A stretch of 64,000 bases of DNA, from assembly GCA_964016885.1 (NCBI GenBank), contig OZ024742.1, positions 261,702,001 to 261,766,000 of the forward strand. The letters are read 5' to 3'. The notes under the pieces were generated by a model. It was not told the DNA's origin. It did not search any database and worked only from the letters and a program-made list of their open reading frames with translations. This document shows positions 26,193-38,449 of this stretch, one piece after another (the stretch's first letter is position 1; every line of letters begins with the position of its first letter). The DNA comes from Eledone cirrhosa. Taxonomy: Eukaryota. Made by a program: the position numbers and the translations under genes.

Positions 26193-29100
26193 ATCTTTAT
26201 GTAATAAGGTTACGTTTCCAAGGCAATCCAATCTAAAGACAAGGGAACGGACAGAAATGAAGATTAAGAGGATCAAAAGCAACGTAAAACCTCTTATTTT
26301 CCCACAATACCCTTTATTTCGCATGGAAACCTGGAACGAGATTCTCTTGCAAAACCTGACTTTTCTCCCCCCTCACCTCATTGGACGGATAGACAGCCAG
26401 CAAATTTATATGCAGATTACTGGGACCTGCTAGCCCAAAGAACCCATGGAAGAACACACCAGTTTAGTATAGCTGCTACTATGGCACTGGGAATACAACT
26501 GAAGATAGTTTGTCTTCACTGGGAATATAACTAAGAAAGATCTGGGCAGAAGTAATGGAAGCAGATCACAAAATGCTGAAATTCACAGAAAAGATGAAGG
26601 AATGCAGTAAGTGGAAGGAGACTGTAATGGAAAAGACCCATCTAAACCAAGCATGCATGGAAAAACAAACATAAAATGATGATTTCTATTGCATGGCCAT
26701 TTGTAATTATGATTGCATTTCAAAATAGCTACATCGATGATAATAGGAAGAGGTATACAACACCATGGTGGTAGCAAAGGTGAAAAATTAAACACTCTAC
26801 ACTGAAGATTTTTAAAGGAAAGAATAAATTTAAAAAAAAATAAAATAAACAGCATGAATGACAATTGAACTCTTGATATTCTGTAATGATTTAGCATAAA
26901 ATATTTTAAAAATTGGTTTGTTAATTCAAATGTATCTTTAGTGGTGAACAGATTGTGAAAATTTGTGATATTAGGGTTAAGACATTAATTTTTTATGTTA
27001 TGTAGTCGTGAACACCTTGCTAATGTAGTTTCATGTAGTACACGATGTTAAGAGTTGAATAGACTTACAAGCACAAATATATAATGTCCATCTTTAAAAC
27101 GGACACAAACAGAATAGTGCTGAAAATACAAATCAGAAAAACAGTAAGAATATTAACAGCACCAATAACTTGTCATTGATGTGCTCTATCTCTAGGAAAA
27201 AATATAAAATAGGGATGAGGTATGTCAAGAAAGACAGTGCTTCCTTGTCTGAGGAATTTATCTGAAAACAGTTTGGAAGGAAAGTGATGTATCTGTATGT
27301 TGCAAATAATACTTTCTATATGCCATAAAAAAAGGGGAGCTCTGGCTGAAGTGTAGCAGAATGTGTGCTCCTTTAGGGCCAAAACAACAGGCAGAGTTGG
27401 TGGTGCACATGCCTGCCCTGACACTGGTGCTGCAGTACATAAAAAAGAAATTTATGATCACAGCCAGAAATAATGGAACACTGACTCTTGGATTGTTATT
27501 GACTTTGTAGCACAATTCAGGTAGTTAGTTAAGACCTCCTACTCCCCTTATATTTCAAAACACACAGGCTCAATATTTAGAATTATTAATCCACAGTTAA
27601 ACAATTGTTTTTATGTACATATATGAAAAAGAGTAAATGTATATAAAAGATATATTCATGTGAAAACACACATGCACATCAAAATATACATGTACACACA
27701 AATACACACTAGCTCAGAAAGGACACAGAAAGTTTTTATTATATTTTTATTTTTGAAACTGATATTTATTAAATAAACAGAACATCCTTGCTATATACAG
27801 TCATGTATGGTATACATTTATAACAACTGAAAATCATTTTTACTGAAATAACAATGACAGGAATATACTGGTTGCTCCAACAAGGATCTATTTAGTAAAC
27901 TTACTTAACTTAATCTCTTGTACTGCATTAGCAATACATTCTTGAAAAGAACAAAGCAGCATTATGACTGCATCACATTTAAAATTAAAATCTTAGAATA
28001 TAAAACTGTTGGTTAACACATGAACATTCGGTAAACAGGACAAAAATTAACATGAGCTCTGATGAATATTAATTTACAAACTAGAGTTTCATAATTCTGT
28101 ACCATCATAAAATAATGTCAACAATGCTAATATGAGATACACAGCCTTAATTTGTAAGCTTTCAACACAATACAGAGTTGGAATTAGTTCAAATTTACAT
28201 AAAACAACTGAAAACCTTTTATTTCAGTGTAGGTTCCCATTTTTGTTAAGAATATTATGTCTATATTTCAAACACTTACACCTACTGCCTTCTCAACAGT
28301 CAGACTGTATGAATAATGTATAGTTTGGCTTCTCTAAAAGGAAATTAACCCAGAGATACATTAGGTCTTAGATACACAATTTCAATCATTACAGCAGAGC
28401 GGTGACTTGTCTCTAGATTGAATATCACTTATTGACAAAAAGGAAACACAAAAAAATATTTCCATTGCTGACTCTACCCTGGCAGGAGACAGGACTTCAA
28501 CTCAGAATGTATAGAGCTGGATTAGATACCACAAAGCATCCTGTTTGGCTTTTTAACAAATCTGTCAATCCTCTGCTCCTGGATTAATACTTCATTTATT
28601 AATTCCAAAAAGATGAAAAGCAAAGTTAACTTCAGTGGGATTTAAAATGAGAGTGCAGAGAGCCCCCAAAATGCTGGCATTCTAACATCTCTGCCATAAT
28701 AAACTAGATATATAATTGCTGCCCCCACAGTGATTCTCAAACCTTATCATCACAGCATGCTTTAGAATAAGTAAAGATATTTCGACATACTCTGTACCTA
28801 AATTCCAAAATTTATTCAAAAGAGGTATATTACATATTAGCAGAGCATAAAATGGAAATTTAGATAATTAAAAATCAAGAAAAAATATTTGTACTTCCTT
28901 CTTTAGTCAATAAATGGAGCAAAGTTATTAATAAGAAACATGCACTTGGTGTTTTTTGGCAAGTTTTATTCTCAGTTTAGTTATTTCCCTTTTTGACAGT
29001 TACATACGAGCTTTATTACAATTTTCAATTTGTATTTTTCACATTCTGAAATGGAATCTTAAGTCTTTTGTGGTACACATAATTACACCTCGTGGCACAC

Positions 29101-29782
29101 CAGAAAGTTAAAGTACACAGTTTGGGAACCATTATATTAGTGACACAAGAAGAATGACTGAAGACATGGCTGTTCAAAATGTAGACAACATTCTGTGTAT
29201 GGATGGGGCCTTATGTCAAATTAAAGGAATTTGATTAATAAGAATTCATTAGATAAAATTTTTTAAATGAAAACAGTTCATATTCTAGATTTTCATAAGG
29301 CTTGTAAGATTTTTAAATATATTAATGGCTTCTAATTTAAATACAAGGCCAGCAATTTGAAGGGAGGGAGAAAATCGACCAAATCGACTCCATTATTTAA
29401 CTAGTGCTTTATGGAACCTAGAAGAATGAAAGAGAAAATTAGTTGGATTTGAACTCAGTACAAAGTTTTTAAACATATCAATGATTTAATATTGTAGCTG
29501 TCAATCTATGAACAATATATATAGCTGTCATTGACATGACGTGCAAAATACGTAGAATTAAGTTGACAGTAAAATTGTTTGACTGATTAAATGGAATAAA
29601 TACAATTAGAGCTGTGAATCAAGCCTTAAACATTAATAAGTTCATGTAGATACATCACAATATTGTTTTGTTGGGTTTTTTTTCTCTCTTTTTTTTTGTT
29701 TTAATGCATACATGAAGTTTGAAAGGAAGCAGAAGGACTTTATAGTATTCAGAACCACTGGGAACTACTAGGAACAACCATT

Positions 29783-29814
29783 TCATCGTTTCTGGAGTGT
29801 TTTGAACTTGGATT
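29783..29814 (-). CDS. BLOC1S2: BLOC-1 subunit 2, coding exon 5 (last)
   Basis: Acceptor tattttcAG. Encodes (E)SKFKTLQKR*, TGA at 29785-29783. Confidence 0.88.
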
Positions 29815-30175
29815 CTGAAAATACATTAGTTGAAAACAATTCAGATTCATTCTATATAATATGTATATGACTACCATCCACACTCCCTCCTCCACCACTT
29901 TAGTGTTCTCACCACTGCATCCCTTTTGCCACTCATGACCCTCTCAAATCACTCCACACTTGCCATAATTTCACACTTATCTGCCTCCAACCACCCCCAC
30001 AGAACAAAGAAGACTCTCCCGTTGGAACAAGGACCAACCCAGTACACCCAGTAAGGTGGTTGACAACAGAAAGGACACCCAGCTGTAAAAGCCATGCCTA
30101 TAAAAAGGGGGGAGTAAGAGGACCCTTTAGTCATGTCATGGCACAAACAACCTTTCTAGTATTGGTGATCTACAT

Positions 30176-30545
30176 CAGCAGTCGCCAACCAGTGGTCCGA
30201 GAGAACATTTTGGTGGTTTGCAGATAAATTTGGACATTATTTGCAATTTTTATGTTTTATTAATAATAAAACAAAAATAAAGTTCAGTTAAAATATATTT
30301 TATAACAGCCCTAAAAATGTTTCTCCTCAGTAAAGAACTAACATCCATGAAAGAATTTTACACATATGTATCATCTATCGACAATATGACATATGTTCGC
30401 TTCAGTATTGTTTAATAAAATGGAAGTTCTCTGATCATTATTTTACAAATGTATTTCTCTTTTTAAAAAAATTCATATTAGCGGTCTGCGGATTCAAAAT
30501 TATGAATTTACTGGTTCGTGAGGTCCGAAAGGTTGAAGACTGGTG
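30176..30545. mobile_element. hAT (Charlie-like) MITE
   Basis: cagcagtcgccaacc / ggttgaagactggtg termini with an 8-bp TSD atctaca(t/a). Confidence 0.7.
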
Positions 30546-31127
30546 ATCTACAAGATAAATGTACCCAGGACATGCAATAAAGTGGTTGGTGATAAGAAAT
30601 GGCATCCAGCCATAGAAAGTTTACCAAAGTGTTTGGATGACCCTTGAGTTATGTCAAGGACATGAAAGTCTACTCTGTGCACTAGATAGAACATAAGACT
30701 GTACGTAAGTGAGATGCAGACCCCCCCCCCCCCCCCCCCACCACCACCACCACCACCACCACCACCACCACCACCCACACACACACACACTTCTTCAGCC
30801 TGTCTGGGAGGTCAGTAGCCTTTATTTCAATACTGATTTGCTCTATGAAGACCCATGCTAGCAAGGAAAGTGGATGTTAAACGATGATGATGATATATAT
30901 ATAAATTTATTCACCCACACACATATACAAATACATAAATATATAAACACATTTGTTTTTTCCAAAAAAAATTTTTTTATCCATTTCTGCTTGCTTCTTC
31001 TAACATAGATACATATCAATATATTAAACAAATTTCAAAAGATATATATATATATACACACTTATAAATTACATTCATATACAAATTTATAACTTATTGA
31101 TAATATTATATTAATATATAAATATAT

Positions 31128-31411
31128 CAATTCTCAGACCGGGTGAGGTGTCGTTTCCTTGAGCAAGACACTTTATTTCACATTGCTCCAGTTTACTCAG
31201 CTGTAGAAATGAGATGATAGGACTGGAGTCCCTATCATTCCACCGTAAAGCGGACGTGTAGGCACCACGGAAAAAAAGCACCCAGCACTCACTGTAAATG
31301 AGGTTGGTGTTAGGAAGGGCATCCAGCTGTAGAAATCGAGCCAGAATCAGTTCCCGTCCCACCCTTGCAAGCAGGGAAAAGCGGACGTAAAATGATGATG
31401 ATGATGATGAT
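31128..31411 (+). mobile_element. SINE copy (family of 3651-3984)
   Basis: Near-identical body and (gat)n tail. Confidence 0.85.
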
Positions 31412-31545
31412 ATATATATTTTTTCTCATATATGTCTCCTCTCTCATTTTGCACCTATGTACTTTTTGTTTTTATTCATGTGATAGAAGAAGATATTAAC
31501 TAATTATTTACCTAATTACTATGTTTCATACTGTAATTTACCCTC

Positions 31546-31716
31546 CATTCTACTGTATGGTACTATCAGTCAATATATGGATAATATATCTGTAATATTG
31601 ATCCCCTTTCAAAACTTCTTACTATAATTTTCCGTTCTACTGTATAGTACTATCGTTCAAGATATGGATAATATATCTGTAATATTGATCCCCTTTCAAA
31701 ACTTCTTACTATAATT
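31546..31716. repeat. Direct tandem duplication, ~88 bp x2
   Basis: ttctactgtat.gtactatc..tcaa.atatggataatatatctgtaatattgatcccctttcaaaacttcttactataattt occurs twice. Confidence 0.85.
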
Positions 31717-31981
31717 TAAACATCTCCCTATTTATTATTTATTATATATAGATTTTTTTTTTATTAACTTCAATCAAGATTTTAACCTGCCTAGGCGAGT
31801 TTCGTAGAGTTTTGGGGTAGTAGATGGTCAACTTCCTTCAGACTTGCACCTCTGCAAATCGGTGGGGGGTGAATTGGGACTCAGAAGGGAACGGGCGAAG
31901 GATTCAAGAACACCCATTTTGTCCGTTCCCTTGTCGATTCAATTTGGATTGCCTCGGGAACGTAACTTTATTATGTAAGAA

Positions 31982-32056
31982 GCTGTCTGATGATGTCATG
32001 ACACTGAGTACACAGAATCGTGTGGCCACTGTTGTCATTGAAATATGTATCACAGC
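31982..32056 (+). ncRNA. Type-I hammerhead ribozyme with extended stem II
   Basis: gctgt-CTGATGA-tgtc-atgaca...tgtcat-t-GAAA-tatgta-TC-acagc. Stem I is gctgt/acagc, triplet AUC. Confidence 0.78.
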
Positions 32057-32168
32057 CTTATCATTAAAGGACTTTAACATCTGAAACTACTTTGCATTTT
32101 CTTATTCTGTATATATCATCATCATCTCATCTTCGTTTAACGTCCATTTTCCACGCTAGCATGGGTTA

Positions 32169-32220
<52 letters not shown>

Positions 32221-32424
32221 AATAAAATATAAACATTGACACATACATTTACATATACATATACAATCAAATAAAGCCACATAAATGTAAATCCATCCTT
32301 ATATATATATATATATATATATATAAACATACATACATTTGCTCATAAAAAAAAATCTACCCTATGCATACATATATACAATAATCTATACATACACTCA
32401 CACACATATATATATATATATATA

Positions 32425-33245
32425 TGAAAGTACAATAACTAGGGTAAGAACAGGATGGAAGAAGTTCAGGGAGCTACTGCCACTGCTAGTTGCAAAAGGC
32501 TTTTCCCTCAAAATGAAAGGCAGACTGTATGATGCGTGTATACGAACAGCAATGTTACATGGTAGTAATGCCTGGGCGCTGAATGTGGAAGACTTGCGTA
32601 GATTAGAAAGAGACAAAGCATGCATGCTCAGATGGATGTGTAATAGTAACATACGCGAACGGCAAAGCATAAATGAATTGAGAGAGAGACTGAGCATAAG
32701 AGGAATCAAACGCTGTGTGCAGGAGAGGCGGTTGCGTTGGTATGGACATGTGATGCGTATGAAGGATGACAGCTGCATAAAAAGGTGCAGAGCACTAGAA
32801 GTCGATGGAAACCGCGGAGTGGAGAGACCCAAGAAGACCTGGGATGAGGTGATAAAAGACGACCTTACCCAATTACACCTCTCAAAGGCGATGACACACG
32901 ACCGTGACCTCTGGCGTCACGCAATAATACAGAGTACCCGACTTCCCATGGGTACAAGCCGAAGCTGAAGCATATAGACAATATTCCCCCACACTCTCCC
33001 ACTGCAAAAAAAGCACCCAGCCCACACTGTAAAGTGGACGTGTAGACGCCACGGAAAAAAAGCACCCAGCACTCACTGTAAATGAGGTTGGTGTTAGGAA
33101 GGGCATCAAGCTGTAGAAATCAAGCCAGAATCAGTTCCTGTATGAGCAAGACAAGGTCAGCCGACCAGACACTGCCCACAACAGGACAACCCGTCTAACC
33201 CATGCTAGCGTGGAAGAACGGACGTAAAACGGTGATGATGATGAT
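32425..33245 (+). mobile_element. RTE LINE 3' end with 3' UTR and (gat)n tail
   Basis: GWKKFRELLPLL..KGRLYDAC...RRLRWYGHVMR...RPKKTW, then tail gacgtaaaacggtgatgatg. Confidence 0.88.
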
Positions 33246-33264
33246 ATATATATATATCATCATC

Positions 33265-34600
33265 ACCTTGTGAGGAACTACAGAAGTACCTAGCTAAAAG
33301 TAAACCCCTCTACTTGGCATTTGTTGACCTGGAGAAAGCTTTTGACAGAGTCCCGCGTTCCATAATCTGGTGCGCTCTTAGGAGTATATGAGTGGCTTGT
33401 GGCGATTGGCTTGTATAAAGAAGCAGTCAGCAAGGTCAGAATTAACAATGACTATTGTGATGAATTTAGTGTGCAAGTAAGAGTTCATCAGGGCTCCATT
33501 CTTAGCCCTCTTGTTTATTCACGTCCTTCTAGCTATAACAGAAGAGATTAAGACTGGCTGTCCATAGGAAATCCTATATGGTGGTGATCTAACCTTCATA
33601 GCTGAATCTATGGCAGAATTAGAGAAAAAATTCCAAACCTGGTAGCATAGTCTAGAATCAAAAAGTCTTAAAATCAACTTGGTGAAGACTAGTCCTAATA
33701 AGTAGAAAGGAAAACAAAAGCAAATCCCCTTAGAGGAAATGGCCTTCCTTACTGTGCAAGAAAGGTAGAAATTCCATCCTATGTCACAAATGCAAACTAT
33801 GTGTACCCAAGAGATGTAGTGCAATCTCAGGTAGGCTAGCAAAGGACATACGTTTTGTATGTGGTTGATGCACAGGGGCAGTAAGTAGCAAGAATTCACA
33901 GGAAACAAGCTCCTGTAAATGCTCAGAGGGCTCCATAGAAGTAGTTGATAGTTTCTGTTACCTGGGTGAACAAATTAGTAGTGAAGGTGGATGTTCTCAA
34001 AGTATAGTAGCCTAAGTGAGGACGGGATGGAAAAAGTTCTAGGTACTACTTCCACTGCTAGCTACAAAAGGTCTTTGTGTGCATACGAACAGTAATGCTG
34101 CATGGAAATAAGACCTGGGCAATATTTGCAGAAGACCTACCAAGATTGGAAAGAAATGAAACTTGCATGATCCAATGGATGTGTAATAATATTGGGTATA
34201 AACAACAAAGCATCAATGAACTGAGAGAAACTGGGCATAAGAGGACTCAAATGCAGTATGCAAGAGAGGAGATTGCAGTGGTATGGGCATGTAAGAAAGT
34301 TGTGTAGGTGACACGAAAAAAGCACTCAGTGCACCCTCTAAGGTGGTCATGCTGGTAACACGATAAAAAAAATACCCAGTCCACCCTGTTAGATGATTGT
34401 CTTGGAGCCAGGATAAAAAGCACCTAGTCTACAGTGTAACATGGTTGGTGATAGGAAGATCATCCAGCCATAGAAACCAAGTCAAAATACAGATCTGTAT
34501 AAGCAAGACATGGTTACCTGACCTGAATTGTCTCATAATGTGACAACCCATCTATCACATGCAAGCATGGGCAAATAGATGTTAAACAGTGATGATGACG
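33265..34600 (+). mobile_element. Decayed RTE LINE (RT region to tail)
   Basis: AFVDLEKAFDRVP and VHQGSILSP remnants with many stops and frameshifts. Confidence 0.8.
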
Positions 34601-34643
34601 ATATACTTATATACATATGTGTGTGTATATATATATATATATA

Positions 34644-35843
34644 CAGGGTGCGGACGATATTTGTTCGCAAGATTACTGTCTAGGAAAAAATAACACAGTA
34701 GTTTTATTTTTTAAGATATATTTATCAAACTTGGGTCAGTTTGTCTTCATGACTTGTTCTTTCGATCTCACTCGATAAACCCGCCATTGGCTTTGATGAC
34801 GGCCTCGGAACCGGCTACAGGCCTTCGTCACTGTCCCCCAACTTAGGCCCCTAAAGGCACTTGTGATCCTGGCCTTCAGATCGTCTTTCGTATTGCAGCT
34901 AGATCTGTTGGTGTCTCGTTCCACTGCGCCCCACACAAAGAAGTCGAGGGGGTTGCAGTCAGACGAGCTGGGAGGCCAGATGTCATGTGAAGTGTGGTCG
35001 ACGAAGTTCTCTGACAGCCAGGCTTGGGTCTTTCAGCTGGTATGGCAGGGCGCTGAGTCTTGCTGCCACACATACGGCCCACCTGCAGCTACCTGGTCGA
35101 TCCAGGGCTTTACTACCTCACTCAGAACACGGATGTAGCCATCGGTGTTCAGCTTGAGGCCTTCGGGGAAGAAGTGAGGTGGCGTGACGTCACCTTGACT
35201 GCTGATGACACCTAAGACCAATGTTGTAGCTGGAAACTGTGTCTGCATAACTCTGTGCACGTCTTTGGATGAGACAGCGAGCCACCTGTTCTGGGAGTTG
35301 ATCTTCAGGTCTTGGCAGAAGTTTTTCTCATCGGAGAAAAACTACAGCATGTCTGGCTCCAGTGGGTGTTTCAACTTGTTGATCAGCTTCTTTGCATGCT
35401 TCAGTCGCTTTTCTTACATCGCCTTTTACAGAAATTGTCCTTTCCTCATCTTGTATGAAACGTAGCGAATGTCTTCATGTACCACCAGCCTAATGAGCTT
35501 TTCATCCACACCTTTCTCCCTTGCAATGGCACGCATCTCTGATGTTGCTTCGTAGTCGAATCCTGAATCTTCCAATTCCTTTCTGACCTTTTCCACCATT
35601 CTCCTGCTGATGCTGAGAAAGTCTGAAATTTCCTTATTTGTCCTCCTGGCGCGGATTCCAAGAAGAACTCCGTGTCTCTTCCACAAATTTGGAGGTTCAA
35701 AATTATTCATAATCAATTATTCTGAAAATAAATAATGGAAATATAGTCACTGTTTTTATGAAGACAAGAGTGACAATGGAAGTAAATAAAATTTACATAA
35801 AATTAGCAGTTGAAAATTGCGAACAAATATCATCCACACTCTG
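34644..35843 (-). mobile_element. Tc1/mariner DD37D (maT) transposon, defective
   Basis: TIRs cagggtgcggacgatatttgttcgcaa / ttgcgaacaaatatcatccacactctg with TA flanks. FSDEK and WQQDSAPCH...NPLD motifs, 37 residues between the last two Asp. Confidence 0.88.
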
Positions 35844-35847
35844 TATA

Positions 35848-35935
<88 letters not shown>

Positions 35936-36057
35936 TACAAACATACATAAAATACTCTAGCCCTACACAAGAGAGAGACAAACAAACATAGAGAAAAACA
36001 CAAAGAGAGAGAGAAGGGAAAGAGAGAGTTGGTAATCAAAGTAACAGTACTACTCAC

Positions 36058-36162
36058 CTAATTTCTTGGAATAGGCATCTAATCGGTAGGCTGCTTGCTC
36101 CAGATTACTGACGCTCTCTTCTATTTGGTCAATTTGATCAAGGTATGGTTGTAAACTGCGGT
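36058..36162 (-). CDS. BLOC1S2: BLOC-1 subunit 2, coding exon 4
   Basis: Acceptor ctccacAG, donor GTgagt. Encodes [35 protein letters not shown]. Confidence 0.95.
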
Positions 36163-36496
36163 CTGTGGAGGGGATGAGAAATAATAAAGGTGTAAAGGAA
36201 GGCATAAAAAATGTTTATGTATAATAAACAAACATATGTCTTGCTGTGGGTATTTTAAACTGTGATCATGTCACAACTATCTCAATGGCTGTGTGAGTAT
36301 GCAAGACCTAGTGTTTTAGAATTTCTATCTGCCATCAGTGACATTTACTCTCTTGCCACTGAGGCAAGAATAGGCTATTGTATATGGTACAATTAAGGAG
36401 GTGCTGTAACAATCATAAGATTAATACATAACTGTGATACTGCAACATACTCTTCCATATATGGTCTACCTATTAGAAACTTTTGTACAACAGTTA

Positions 36497-37170
36497 TACA
36501 AGGTGGGGCATAAATATCTCCCACATTTTGAAGGGATATAAAAAAAAAAACACAACTATCTAAAAAAATACTGATTATATTTCTAAACAGTACAGAAAAA
36601 AATAGTTTTGTTTTAAGGTTTTTAAAAAATTATGAGACAAATGGCAGCTGTCATTGGCAATAAATTGATGGAGTCATTCCCAGAAGTTCTCCATGAGTCT
36701 CCGGGTCATCTCAGGGAGAGTTGTATCGATTTACAGCTCTGTGGTTGGCATGATCTGTCTTAGTTAATTCTTGAACCATCATTTTGTAAGGATGTAGTTT
36801 CAAATTGGCATGCAGAATCCTCCTCAAACTCTGGCTTGATATCTCCAGTGCTATGCTATGCCTATGAGCAAAACACTTTGCCAATTGCTGAATGGCTGTT
36901 CTAACTGCTGTCACATTTTCTGGAGTTCTGATGGTCCCAGGTCTGCCAGGTGATTTTCTTTTCAGTGTGGATCCAGTTGCCTGAAGGTTAGAAATCCAAA
37001 GCAAAATCGTTTTCCAATCTGGTACAGATGAATTTGGACTGAACACGAAGCGTCTATGTAACACTCACTGCTTCGCTATTTCATAATACACTTGAATAAC
37101 AAAGTCACAATGTTCACCGGTCCAACTCATGATGGGTACTGAAAATAAGGTGCGTTTGTATTATTAGACC
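36497..37170 (-). mobile_element. Internally deleted Tc1/mariner-superfamily element (rosa/DD41D-like N-terminus)
   Basis: SPGRPGTIRTPENV.AV....ILH.NLKLHPYK HTH region and a ta-caaggtggggca terminus. Confidence 0.6.
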
Positions 37171-37586
37171 AATAAAATTGGGGTGGATTGGTATAAAAAG
37201 GGTCAACTATTCTTTTACTGGATTCAGTCATTAGACTGTGGCTCTGTTGGAACACCATCTTGAGGGGAGTTAGTTGATCATATTGACCCCTGTACTTAAA
37301 CATAAGCAGATACACACACACATATAAATAGCATAGAAAATAGACTTTAAACAGTGATGAGGATGATCTGCATGACAATCTTCAACAGTTTCTGTTGATT
37401 AAATTTCACTCACTATGAGTGGGACTGAACCTGAAACCATGTGTGTGCAAAGTGACATCCTTAACCACACAGCTATGCCTGCACTAAAAAAAATACTTTT
37501 TAAAGAATTACATTTACAATCAATACAGAAAGATATGGAAGAGGGCTATTGAGTGATGAGGAGACAGCCAAACAATAAATACCTAC

Positions 37587-37706
37587 ATTTGTCATCCAGT
37601 TCAAGCATTGCTCGACTGACATTCATTGCAATGTGTTTCATTTCTGAATATTTGTTGATGGTCACTTGATTCATCTGCTCTAAAAGTTTGTACTCCTCAG
37701 CTGTCC
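37587..37706 (-). CDS. BLOC1S2: BLOC-1 subunit 2, coding exon 3
   Basis: Acceptor tgtatgtAG, donor GTaggt. Encodes GTAEEYKLLEQMNQVTINKYSEMKHIAMNVSRAMLELDDK. Confidence 0.95.
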
Positions 37707-37989
37707 CTACATACAATAGATACATATTTATAATTACACATGCAATTTGGATTCATATAAATATACATATAAAAAAGTATATTCATTTATGTAAAATTAC
37801 ATTATACATAGGTGGGAGGTGGGGGTCATTCTTTCATAAATATACTTCTTGACAAAAGGTAAACAATAAACACTAGTGAAATATCAAAGACATGTTTGTA
37901 CTGCCCAACACTCAGTAGTGGTATATTAAAGACGTTTGTATTGCTCAGTATTGTCTAGTTTAAATCTTTTATTTATCAGTTATTTATAA

Positions 37990-38019
<30 letters not shown>

Positions 38020-38020
<1 letters not shown>

Positions 38021-38426
38021 TTAAAAGTTAAACAAGGTTCAATGAATAAATCAAAGAATGAGTTTTACAATAGATTGGAAGCACTCAACAGTATTAGTTT
38101 TCCAGAGTTATTAATATTAATTCAAAATATTAACAAAATAGATATTCTTGTGATCAAGTATATTTTATTATACATATTTCAGAGGTACTGAGTTAAGTTC
38201 AACAGTACGTTCTCATCAGATAAAATAAGATGACATACCCTGACATAGTAGATGGTTAAGATACTACCATGGCTGAATCTTAACCATCTACTATGTCAGG
38301 GTATGTCATGCATCATCTTATTTTATCTGATGAGGACGTACTGTTGAACTTAACTCAGTACCTCTGAAATATGTATAATAAAATATACTTGATCACAAGA
38401 ATATCCATTTTGTTAATATTTTGAAT
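38020..38426. mobile_element. Second non-coding fold-back element with a hammerhead in each arm
   Basis: Arms 38120-38262 and 38277-38426 are inverted (2 substitutions, one short indel) with a 14-nt loop. Bounded by (TA)n. Confidence 0.85.
38321..38383 (+). ncRNA. Type-I hammerhead ribozyme (mirror copy on - strand at about 38163-38226)
   Basis: ttttat-CTGATGA-ggac-gtactg...cagtac-ctct-GAAA-tatgta-TA-ataaaa. Confidence 0.8.
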
Positions 38427-38449
38427 ATATATATATATATATATATATA

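Noticed and set aside
30720-30790. Poly-Gly / poly-Val ORFs
   Set aside because: C-run, (CCA)n and (CA)n simple repeats.
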